Positions 37,247 through 44,951 of a DNA stretch of 62,259 nt are shown piece by piece. How positions within the stretch are numbered: the stretch's first letter is position 1; every line of letters begins with the position of its first letter. The notes below the pieces were generated by a model. The model saw nothing but the letters and a program-made list of their open reading frames with translations. It had not been told where the DNA came from and did not search any database. Position numbers and translations under genes: made by a program. This stretch comes from a virus (taxonomy: Duplodnaviria; Caudoviricetes): positions 1-62,259 of IMG/VR virus record IMGVR_UViG_3300046003_005119; one strand, 5' to 3'.

Positions 37247-37572
37247 GATATCTGCAACCTCGCTTGAAGGACTGTGATCTCATGTCTCGTGAGATTACAC
37301 CCGCGTTCGATTCGATAGGTGCTCAGCCTCAGACCACGAATTTGTTCGAGCCATCCCGATTCCGTTTCTATGAAGCGGAATCGCGTTCCATCTTTGAACC
37401 GACCTCGGCGCGTTCCTAACTGCAGATCGGAGAATTCGTCTTGATTACGAATTCTCCAATCCACTATTCCTCCTACAGGAATCACGATCAGAAGATCATA
37501 CATATATTCTACCTCCGGTCGGAGCCGACACACATAGTGTCTATATGAACCCAGAAGGACACGCGGGCGCAC
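37243..37572 (-). CDS. Hypothetical protein
   Basis: ORF coupled to the downstream gene; start uncertain. Confidence 0.45.
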   Translation of the reverse strand: MRPRVLLGSYRHYVCRLRPEVEYMYDLLIVIPVGGIVDWRIRNQDEFSDLQLGTRRGRFKDGTRFRFIETESGWLEQIRGLRLSTYRIERGCNLTRHEITVLQARLQIS

Positions 37573-37752
37573 CGTGGATCACGAAAATTCAGTTACACTC
37601 ATTCTCGCTGCTCACGCAAGTGCAGCTTCTCATGAGTCTCGTGAGGCTCGTCGATTCGTTTCGAATTTTGGTTTCTTGTTTCTCGGTTCTTGATCTTCGT
37701 AGGATTTCGAATGATGTGGGTGAAGGGGCGGGGAACGGGACCGCCAGCCATA

Positions 37753-37820
37753 CGCCCCACGCGCAAGCCGTGCGTGGGGCGGGGTGGTAGCGGTTGCCTG
37801 CCCCGCAACGGGGGCAGGCG
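37753..37820 (-). terminator. Two GC-rich hairpins downstream of the Ala-rich gene
   Basis: CGCCCCACGC/GCGTGGGGCG and GCCTGCCCC/GGGGCAGGC stems. Confidence 0.55.
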
Positions 37821-37832
37821 GTTGCTTTGGCG

Positions 37833-38315
37833 CTATGCCTTGGCAGGCGCAGGCGCGGGCGCGGCAGCGGTTGCCACAGGCGCGGCAGCGGCAGCGGCAG
37901 CGGTTGCCACAGGCACAAGCCAAGCCTGCGCGGCGGCCCATTGCGGCATGTTGTGGCGCTGCCAGCCCCCATTTGGCGGGGCAAGCGTGGGGCTTGCGGC
38001 TGCACTGGCCACCAGCGCGGCGCGGTATTGCGCCAAGGTAAAGCCGTTGGGCTGCACCTTGGCAAGCGCCTGTGCCACTTGGCAGGCAAAAGCGCGGTGG
38101 CCACGCTGCCCCACAGGCCAGCCAGCGCTTGCGGCTGCACTGTAGGGCATATAGGTGTAAAGTGCCGCGCCAATGGCCACAGCAACGGGCGCGGCGGTTG
38201 CGGTTGCAACGGGCGCGGCGGGCGCGGGCGCGGTTGCGGTTGCGGTTGCAACGGGCGCGGGGGCAGTAGCCTTGCCAGCGGTTGCGGTTGCGGTGTTTTT
38301 GTTAGCTTGTGCCAT
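37833..38315 (-). CDS. Ala/Thr/Pro-rich protein with no Asp or Glu (160 aa)
   Basis: Preceded by the AGGCTACCA leader and a promoter, followed by hairpins; lies wholly inside the GA/TC-free island. Confidence 0.7.
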   Translation of the reverse strand: MAQANKNTATATAGKATAPAPVATATATAPAPAAPVATATAAPVAVAIGAALYTYMPYSAAASAGWPVGQRGHRAFACQVAQALAKVQPNGFTLAQYRAALVASAAASPTLAPPNGGWQRHNMPQWAAAQAWLVPVATAAAAAAAPVATAAAPAPAPAKA

Positions 38316-38369
38316 TGTGGTAGCCTTTGGTTACAGGGTAGCAGCACCATTGCCGCTATGCCCTGCCCC

Positions 38370-38399
38370 TATATAGCGCCATAGCGCGGCAAAAGCCAA
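38370..38399 (-). promoter_or_regulatory. Promoter of the Ala-rich gene
   Basis: TTGGCT-N18-TATATA. Confidence 0.5.
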
Positions 38400-38524
38400 G
38401 TAACATGTTGTTACAGATTGTAACAATTTGTTACCGGAAATGCAGTAACGTTTTGTTGCAGGCTGTAACAATTTGTTACCGGAAATGCAGTAACGTTTTG
38501 TTACAGCCTGTAACAATTTGTTAC
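38400..38524. repeat. Array of six GTAAC-N5-GTTAC palindromes (45-bp tandem period)
   Basis: Boxes start at 38400, 38420, 38445 (one mismatch), 38465, 38490, 38510. Confidence 0.9.
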
Positions 38525-38693
38525 CGGAGACGAGAGACCGAACGAGAGACCTACCGACGAAGATGAAGATGACGAGTGAGATCTCCTCTGTCGGTTCTGT
38601 CGTATCGGTTCATGACTGTCGGTTCGATGATGAAGAAGATGATGAGTGTCGAGCCCAAGAAGAAAGAGCCTCAATCGGCTCTTTCTTGTCGGT

Positions 38694-38882
38694 TCAGTCG
38701 TAGACGAACGACTCGAGGTAAGTGTCAATCACATCGCCATCTTTCGAAACGAACTCTGTCACCTCATACCCGTGGTGGTTCACATTAGTCCGCTTCGTGA
38801 GACCCTCTATCTCTGCTGGGACAGAGCGATAGATCGTGACATGACCTCGCCGATTGGTGCGAATATACATCTTATCGCTCAT
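38694..38882 (-). CDS. Small early protein
   Basis: ATGA-coupled to the upstream ORF; GGAGG RBS. Confidence 0.6.
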   Translation of the reverse strand: MSDKMYIRTNRRGHVTIYRSVPAEIEGLTKRTNVNHHGYEVTEFVSKDGDVIDTYLESFVYD

Positions 38883-39088
38883 GCCCGACCCTCCGCACGA
38901 ATGGCCTGACGCACGGCCAGCGGCGTCTCAACGCCGTGGGCGAAGGCGGGGCGGCAGACTTGGATGACGCCGCCGCACTGTGAAAAGCGACGAGTCAACG
39001 CGAAGATCTGACGCTGGAGCGACTGACGGTCGTCGGCCAGACGACCAGTGAACTCTGCGCGCTCTTTATTCCAAGGATTGATCTGCAT
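38879..39088 (-). CDS. Small early protein
   Basis: AGGCTACCAAATG leader. Confidence 0.65.
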   Translation of the reverse strand: MQINPWNKERAEFTGRLADDRQSLQRQIFALTRRFSQCGGVIQVCRPAFAHGVETPLAVRQAIRAEGRA

Positions 39089-39286
39089 TTGGTAGCCTTT
39101 CGGTTTGGGTTAAGTTGCCGTAAGACCATGTTATTACACAGAAATTTAAGAAGCAACTCATTTATATCCAATCCTCCGGACTCATATCGGAAGAGGCTCC
39201 CGATGAAGAAGATGAAGAAGATGAAGATGACGAGTCTCTCATCCAGATCTTCTTCATCATCTTCATCTTCTGTATGCTCTCAGACA

Positions 39287-39316
39287 ACAGAAGAGGTGGA
39301 ATTCCACCTCTTCTGT
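39287..39316. repeat. Perfect 30-bp palindrome / terminator-like hairpin
   Basis: ACAGAAGAGGTGGAA-TTCCACCTCTTCTGT. Confidence 0.8.
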
Positions 39317-39325
39317 CGGCCCTTT

Positions 39326-39592
39326 CTACGAGGTCAGGACGATATCGGCGAGATACGACAGACCGTCGCAGATATCTTGGGTGGTAAAGATTTCGGCGCC
39401 GCTGACGGTGTGTGCGATGACCAAGCCGTTCTCCATGATGAACAACTGGCCCGAGACTTCGTAGCCTTCTTCAAAGTGACGCAGCCACACCATGGATTCG
39501 TCGATGATTTCAAAACGAACTTCGGGGATGACCTCATCACAGTGAAACTTGATGTCGGCGATTTCGGCGGGGGTGAACTTGCGATTGAGCAT
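39326..39592 (-). CDS. Small acidic early protein
   Basis: Leader motif before ATG 39592 (MLNRKFTPAEIADI). Confidence 0.65.
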   Translation of the reverse strand: MLNRKFTPAEIADIKFHCDEVIPEVRFEIIDESMVWLRHFEEGYEVSGQLFIMENGLVIAHTVSGAEIFTTQDICDGLSYLADIVLTS

Positions 39593-39749
39593 AGCTGGTA
39601 GCCTTTCTTGGGTTGCCTTGCCCTTACAGTATAGCCCAAAGAGGGTGGAGAGTGTAGCACTATGAATCGTGGTCTTCGTGGCCGGAAGATGATGAAGATC
39701 TCGTCGGAAGAGGCCGACGAGCATAGAGAAATCCCTATGCTCTGTCGGT

Positions 39750-39965
39750 TCAGGCTAGCGCCCCTGCAACTGCTTTTTCAAAGGCTTCCAGCTTTTCCAC
39801 CACTTCGACCATGTTCGTGCATGTCGGGCTCATGGTCATCTCGATCGTCCCCCAAAAGTTCATCAACTTCCGCGTGGGGTGGTGGTATTGCGCCACAAAT
39901 TCTTCTTCCGGATCCTGCCCTTCGCGGTAGTAAAGCAGGTAATCGCCAGTGTCTTTCGTCAGCAT
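39750..39965 (-). CDS. Small early protein
   Basis: Own promoter and leader motif. Confidence 0.65.
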   Translation of the reverse strand: MLTKDTGDYLLYYREGQDPEEEFVAQYHHPTRKLMNFWGTIEMTMSPTCTNMVEVVEKLEAFEKAVAGALA

Positions 39966-40000
39966 TTGGTAGCCCTTTCATTTGGTAGCCTTGCCCTTAC

Positions 40001-40029
40001 AGTATGGCAGTTAGAAATCTGAGAAGCAA
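40001..40029 (-). promoter_or_regulatory. Early sigma70-like promoter (copy 1)
   Basis: TTGCTT-N17-CATACT; same sequence at 40413-40441. Confidence 0.75.
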
Positions 40030-40068
40030 TTCATATATGTCCAGTCTTCTTCATCTATATGAGATACC

Positions 40069-40103
40069 GATGAAGATGAAGATGAAGATGAAGATGAAGA
40101 TGA
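40069..40103 (+). repeat. (GATGAA)n intergenic microsatellite
   Basis: Five full units plus GATGA; related tracts in neighbouring spacers. Confidence 0.85.
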
Positions 40104-40144
40104 TTCCATCGGAGGAGGCCGACGAGTCCCCACACTCTGTCGGC

Positions 40145-40378
40145 TCACTCGGCTCTTAGAATGAGCTTCATGAGCTCATACAGATCGTCACAGAACGTAA
40201 CGAACCCGAGCTCGCTGATATAGATATGCTGCTCTCCGCTGATGTAGCCGACGTCTCCCATATCTGTGAAGACTTTGTTATCCTCTGTATCAGCGATACC
40301 GTTACCGAGTGTGCAGATATACATGGAGATGTCCTCCAGTTCTGCTTCGGTGAAGTCACGCGGCTCATAGATTTTCAT
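40145..40378 (-). CDS. Small acidic early protein
   Basis: Own promoter and leader motif. Confidence 0.65.
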   Translation of the reverse strand: MKIYEPRDFTEAELEDISMYICTLGNGIADTEDNKVFTDMGDVGYISGEQHIYISELGFVTFCDDLYELMKLILRAE

Positions 40379-40412
40379 TTGGTAGCCCTTTCATTGGTAG
40401 CCTTGTCCTTAC

Positions 40413-40441
40413 AGTATGGCAGTTAGAAATCTGAGAAGCAA
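40413..40441 (-). promoter_or_regulatory. Early sigma70-like promoter (copy 2)
   Basis: TTGCTT-N17-CATACT. Confidence 0.75.
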
Positions 40442-40603
40442 GTCATGTATGTCAGGTCTTCTTCTCTCTCGTCCCGTTCTTCTTCATCATCTTCTATATC
40501 AGAAATCGAGGATGAAGATGATGAAGAAGATGAAGATAAAGAAGATCGCCATACCTGTGAAGATACGGCGATCGACTGACTCTGTCGGTTCAGTTCTGTC
40601 GGT

Positions 40604-41293
40604 TCAGAAGGGATCGTCGTCCTCTGTCGGCTCGTTGGAGAGCCCAAGAGGAGTAGGAGTGACATCCTTCGCTTGAGAGAATCGCTTCTCCCAATCATCG
40701 ATACTCGTCATTTCAGCTGGAGCGACGAGAACACCGCCAGAGTGATTGACAGCGATTTCCTGCTTGTCACGGTATCCGGCGTCGTGCTTCTTCAATTCAA
40801 GTTCGATCAGTCGTATCGGGTAGACTGTCTCTCTGGAGACGAGGCCTCCATTGCGATCGAAACTCTCCTTGACTGTCCCGTTGAAGACGAGGTCTTGATG
40901 GTGACCGATCAGTTTGTCCTTGTATGCAGTTTCGGCGAGAAGCATCGCTTCAGCGAAGTCTTCATCTTCCTCCAACGCTTTCCGGACTGTCTGAGGTGAG
41001 ACACCGGCGGCTGCTGCGCTCTCTCCCATCCGTCCCCATTTCATGAATTCGTTGAGGAATCGGCCCTTCGCAGCTTCGTCAAAACGATTGCGAGCCATGC
41101 GAACGACTGTCCGCCATTCACCGGTTTCGGGATCCTGTATATCCATCGCCTCGACCCTCGATCTACGAGACAACAGAGAGCGAGGAGCCTGACGAGCGCG
41201 GAAAGCATCATCATCATATCGGTCTCTGTAGGACTTCGGGTCTTCATCGTCGCTCATAATTATCTCTCCATCTATCCGCGTCAACTTGATCAA
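40604..41293 (-). CDS. terS: Probable terminase small subunit
   Basis: HTH FL......G....SAAAAGVS.QTV......DEDF.EA; C-terminal N.SGGVLVAP. Likely start 41257. Promoter TTGCTA-N17-TAAACT at 41311-41339. Confidence 0.65.
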   Translation of the reverse strand: MIKLTRIDGEIIMSDDEDPKSYRDRYDDDAFRARQAPRSLLSRRSRVEAMDIQDPETGEWRTVVRMARNRFDEAAKGRFLNEFMKWGRMGESAAAAGVSPQTVRKALEEDEDFAEAMLLAETAYKDKLIGHHQDLVFNGTVKESFDRNGGLVSRETVYPIRLIELELKKHDAGYRDKQEIAVNHSGGVLVAPAEMTSIDDWEKRFSQAKDVTPTPLGLSNEPTEDDDPF

Positions 41294-41680
41294 GGAGATC
41301 GCTCCAGCAGAGTTTATCCCAAAGGGCGCGCAATAGCAATCTTCATTTCGGCGGAGCCACAGTTCTACCTCTTGGAAGTTGAGTCACTTTTTCAAAGTTG
41401 AGTCACACTGATTTCGCTGAACCTGTTGTTTTTGCTGTATATTCCCTTTCTTTTTTAGAATAAATAGAATAAAGAAGTATAACTTAACTACTTCCCTCCA
41501 GCCTCAGCCAAGCGCCTGCCTTGGGCCGTGGGACGTGTAACTTAAAGCCCCTTGAGTCACGTCTTACCTAAATAAGGATGTAAAATATCTGTCTCCTCAT
41601 CACAAATATCCCTTGTCACACAACCACTTAGCCTTATAGAGTGTTGACTCAGTCTTACTCAACTTATAGAGGAGAAACCC

Positions 41681-42349
41681 ATGCTCTTGAACAAACATCA
41701 ACCAGTTCGCCCTCGCATTCATCCAGAGCTGAACTACCCTCTTCGGTATCGCACATTCCCTGACATCGGTAGAACTCGACCAATTCAGTTCACAGATCAG
41801 CGCAGCATGATAGCCCAAGCGAGAATGTATCGCTTCGTTCGCAGCGGGACGATGGAGAATGGTATTTCAATCGCTGATATGCACGATCATCTGTTTTATG
41901 ATCAACCGAAGATCAGTAAGAAGCTGATGGGACAGCTCATTGTTCAGACGGTCACATACAATCCAAGGCTGTTGCTCGGTATCACAAAACTGAACGATCG
42001 TAACAGAGTGATATATCGGTTCAACAATCTACTGGAGTTCCAGTATGGTCTTGAGTGGATGATCTGCACATGGCTCAGGAAATTTTTGAATGACACCGCT
42101 GCACCCGGAGCGCGTGTTGTTTCTGGGCCGAACATGATGTCCGAACAGCTGGATCAGCTGGCGAATTGTCCAGAGTCTGAATATATCGATGTATATGAGG
42201 AAATGATCTGGCTCTTTTCGATGGACGAGCCGGACTGGAGAAGTATCACTTCTGGGCTGATAGAAGAGATACCGATGCAGACGGAACGGGCCGTTCCGAT
42301 CAAACAGAAAGGCCCGATTCCAAAGTCGCTAGTGCCTCACAGCAGGTGA
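41681..42349 (+). CDS. Hypothetical protein; the only credible plus-strand gene
   Basis: 222 aa, GAGGAG RBS, fills a gap with no long minus-strand ORF. Confidence 0.75.
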   Translation: MLLNKHQPVRPRIHPELNYPLRYRTFPDIGRTRPIQFTDQRSMIAQARMYRFVRSGTMENGISIADMHDHLFYDQPKISKKLMGQLIVQTVTYNPRLLLGITKLNDRNRVIYRFNNLLEFQYGLEWMICTWLRKFLNDTAAPGARVVSGPNMMSEQLDQLANCPESEYIDVYEEMIWLFSMDEPDWRSITSGLIEEIPMQTERAVPIKQKGPIPKSLVPHSR

Positions 42350-42544
42350 TACACCCTTGCTCGCCTTAACGAACTCGGCATTGGCGACCAGGATCTCCGA
42401 CACGAGAGTCGTGATCTTGGTCGCACAATAGGACGCAGCGATCGAATCGCCGGTGCTGAGCTCGAGGATATGCTGTTGGAATCTCAACGCCAGCTGAGAT
42501 TCCAGCATCTCAATCTTCGCCTTTGCGACACAGATCTCACACAT
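42329..42544 (-). CDS. Hypothetical protein
   Basis: Start MCEICVAK, overlapping the upstream stop. Confidence 0.5.
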   Translation of the reverse strand: MCEICVAKAKIEMLESQLALRFQQHILELSTGDSIAASYCATKITTLVSEILVANAEFVKASKGVSPAVRH

Positions 42545-42848
42545 CACGAAGCGCCTCGGCGAGGATATCGCCAAGACTGAAAGTTTCACTTTCGATCTTG
42601 TTGATAAACACGACGCCATCGGATTCGACATAGCGATCGTCGATCTCGTAGGCCAGATTGTGATCCAACCCAGTCGCGTCGTAGATCTGATCCCAGATCT
42701 CGTTGTTCCTGTCGTCGGCGTCCTTACTCAGAGCATCGACGCGAGACTGGAACTCACGCTGAAGAGCCTCGCACTTCAGCTTGTGATCTTCGACGTTCTG
42801 AGCGGCCTGACGGGCCAGTTCGAGAACTTCAGGGGATGTTGACATCAT
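42537..42848 (-). CDS. Hypothetical coiled-coil protein
   Basis: ATGA-coupled; AAGGA RBS. Confidence 0.6.
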   Translation of the reverse strand: MMSTSPEVLELARQAAQNVEDHKLKCEALQREFQSRVDALSKDADDRNNEIWDQIYDATGLDHNLAYEIDDRYVESDGVVFINKIESETFSLGDILAEALRDV

Positions 42849-43129
42849 GCTGCTTTTTCCTTTGTTGCTGTGACAAGAACACGGACCTCTTGCCAATTTT
42901 CAATCCAAACCTGAACGATCTCATACCGACGATCGTGGCGGTTCGGTCCGTTGAACTGCCAGCCGTTCTTCAGCTCATTCGCAACTTCGAGCTGAGATTC
43001 GGCGGAGTGCATGTCCTTGGGCGTCCTCACGCTGTGATACTTCGATCCAGCGGTGATCGTGTTCAGCAGGTAACGACGCCCGTTGGTGCGAACTTCCCAG
43101 AGCTCAGTGTGTTTGATTCGACGTGTCAT
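42845..43129 (-). CDS. Hypothetical protein
   Basis: GGAG RBS; coupled. Confidence 0.55.
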   Translation of the reverse strand: MTRRIKHTELWEVRTNGRRYLLNTITAGSKYHSVRTPKDMHSAESQLEVANELKNGWQFNGPNRHDRRYEIVQVWIENWQEVRVLVTATKEKAA

Positions 43130-43311
43130 ATTTGATCTCCATGCCATTCTTCGAGTTTCTTCACGAACGAACGCTCGTTCGGGGTGAGGTCATCACAGCG
43201 ACGCTTGCTGCGGACGTATGCACGAACCTCTTCACGCATACGTTCTTCATTCATGAACTTGGCCTGAAGACCAAGCATCGATCCTGCCCAAAGAGGGTGA
43301 TCAATGTTCAT
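43126..43311 (-). CDS. Hypothetical protein
   Basis: GGAGGAG RBS before MNIDHPLW. Confidence 0.55.
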   Translation of the reverse strand: MNIDHPLWAGSMLGLQAKFMNEERMREEVRAYVRSKRRCDDLTPNERSFVKKLEEWHGDQI

Positions 43312-43642
43312 TCGCGAACTCCTCCTGCCAACGAACAACGTTCGGGTCCGAGCCATTCACGGTTCCATGCAGCTCATCATAGCGAGACTGCGCTTCCCAG
43401 TCCGGTTGCGACGCGACATACGCCGAGTCTGCACAAGCCTTGTCGAACCGGACAACGGCCTCGGCATAGTCGGCGCAGTCGAAGTAATCGTCTTCCCACC
43501 CATCGGGATCGGTGTTGAGAGCGACGACTGACAGGCTCCCGTCGAAGCACATCACCATCCCAACATGGTCTCCAATCTGCATCACCCCAACTGGGCAGGT
43601 GAACGCGCGCTCAACGCGACGCTTCATACGCTTTTCGTTCAT
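43301..43642 (-). CDS. Early hypothetical protein
   Basis: GGAGGCTACCATG leader and promoter. Confidence 0.65.
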   Translation of the reverse strand: MNEKRMKRRVERAFTCPVGVMQIGDHVGMVMCFDGSLSVVALNTDPDGWEDDYFDCADYAEAVVRFDKACADSAYVASQPDWEAQSRYDELHGTVNGSDPNVVRWQEEFANEH

Positions 43643-43668
43643 GGTAGCCTCCATACGCTTCTGATACC

Positions 43669-43697
43669 AGTATGGTCCCAGAAGCGTATAATGACAA
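43669..43697 (-). promoter_or_regulatory. Early promoter
   Basis: TTGTCA-N17-CATACT. Confidence 0.75.
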
Positions 43698-43713
43698 GTT
43701 CTACTTGTCTAGG

Positions 43714-44316
43714 TCAGATTGGACCTTTGTCCATCGCTTCGAGCATATCAGACTTTCTCTTCAGATCGTATAGACCTTGAAGCATGAACACGACGGTGTT
43801 CTTCTGATCACGACAGTCCTGCAGAGCGTGATGCGTCGTCTCGCTCGTGGGTGCGTCCTTCATCAGACCGAGTCTCTGCATCAAACGCTTCAGAGTTCGC
43901 ATATCCATATCGTCACGGAACGTTGGAAACTGGAAGATTTCCGGTCCCATCGATTCAGCCAGCGACCGCATGATGACAGCATCAAACGACGGAGAGTTCG
44001 ACCAGACATCGCCGACGCCATGTTCTCCCATCATTCGAGCAATTTCACTGAAGACTGTTCCAGTTGTCACAATCTCCTGAGGCCCACGAGCCCAAGAGGA
44101 AACCTCCTGCTCTTTCCAGAACTGAACAGTGGAGGAATCGATGGTCCGTCCGCGAAGGATCTGTGGAAGAATATCGAGATGGAGCAGCTTCTCTTCCAAG
44201 ACTTTTCCGTCGTCTCCGAAGAGCGGGTCGTTGAAGGCCAGGAGGCCGACTTGAAACACGACAGCCGATGGACGAATGTCCAGTGTTTCGATGTCAATCA
44301 TAAGATGGTTCGCCAT
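43714..44316 (-). CDS. DEDDh 3'-5' exonuclease (Rv2179c-like)
   Basis: LMIDIETL, WSNSPSFD..I, D.RT, HHALQDC. Confidence 0.8.
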   Translation of the reverse strand: MANHLMIDIETLDIRPSAVVFQVGLLAFNDPLFGDDGKVLEEKLLHLDILPQILRGRTIDSSTVQFWKEQEVSSWARGPQEIVTTGTVFSEIARMMGEHGVGDVWSNSPSFDAVIMRSLAESMGPEIFQFPTFRDDMDMRTLKRLMQRLGLMKDAPTSETTHHALQDCRDQKNTVVFMLQGLYDLKRKSDMLEAMDKGPI

Positions 44317-44449
44317 ATCTTTTGTGTGCCTTTGGTTATGGGGGCAAGCGGCCCCTGTTTTGAGACCCCAACGGGGCCGTCAGAAGGCCGCTGGAGGGGC
44401 GTTGACTATGCCCCCGCTAGGGTGGTAGCCTAGCGGGTGCAAAGGGCCG

Positions 44450-44593
44450 TCAGAAGGCCGCTTTTAGCATCTCGACTGGCGTGATGCAGGCAGGGTTTTC
44501 CCAGGAATCACAACCCATCACGATGTTCATCAAAATGAATGTGATCAGCATGGTCATAAGCACGATTGCGAGAATCATCAGAAGATGTTTCAT
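44450..44593 (-). CDS. Small membrane protein
   Basis: Leader motif; TM then GC.SW..P.C; promoter TTGTTT-N17-TATACT at 44621-44649. Confidence 0.6.
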   Translation of the reverse strand: MKHLLMILAIVLMTMLITFILMNIVMGCDSWENPACITPVEMLKAAF

Positions 44594-44651
44594 GGTAGCC
44601 TCCATAGGTTTCAGAAGGCCAGTATAGCACTCAGAAGTCAAAGAAACAAAC

Positions 44652-44951
44652 TCAGCCTGTCGCCTTTTCCCAGTGCTCATAGTTGAACATCTCAGGGATA
44701 TAGTTCTCAAGGATGAGAATCGTCTCAACTCGCTGGTGCTTCCCTCTGTCTGGGCGAAACAGGACGCCGACGCTCAACTTCAGTTCACCCTCCATGAGAG
44801 GTTGAGAGAGCTTCGCTCCTGGGATATGGTCACCGAGGTCAGGGCCGACATAGATTCCCATGCACCTGAAAGGCTTGTGCCACTCAGGAGGATTGGGATT
44901 CCAGAAACCGACTCGCAATCCGCTTGTCACTCTCATTGCTTTTGGACCCAT
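44652..44951 (-). CDS. Hypothetical protein
   Basis: ORF in the operon; GAGG RBS. Confidence 0.5.
   Translation of the reverse strand: MGPKAMRVTSGLRVGFWNPNPPEWHKPFRCMGIYVGPDLGDHIPGAKLSQPLMEGELKLSVGVLFRPDRGKHQRVETILILENYIPEMFNYEHWEKATG

Noticed and set aside
37589-38384. Alternative ORFs over the island (37589-38350 minus, 37794-38384 plus and others)
   Set aside because: Stops are scarce because TGA/TCA are excluded and GC is high; only 37833-38315 has the leader motif, promoter and hairpins.
38400-38524. Mini-CRISPR array
   Set aside because: Inter-repeat segments are 5-10 bp and themselves repeated; no cas genes.
39089-39601. Poly-Ser or Lys/Met ORFs over the GAAGAT tracts (also 40416-40698, 38501-38788)
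   Set aside because: By-products of the repeats; they cross promoters and hairpins and lack an RBS.
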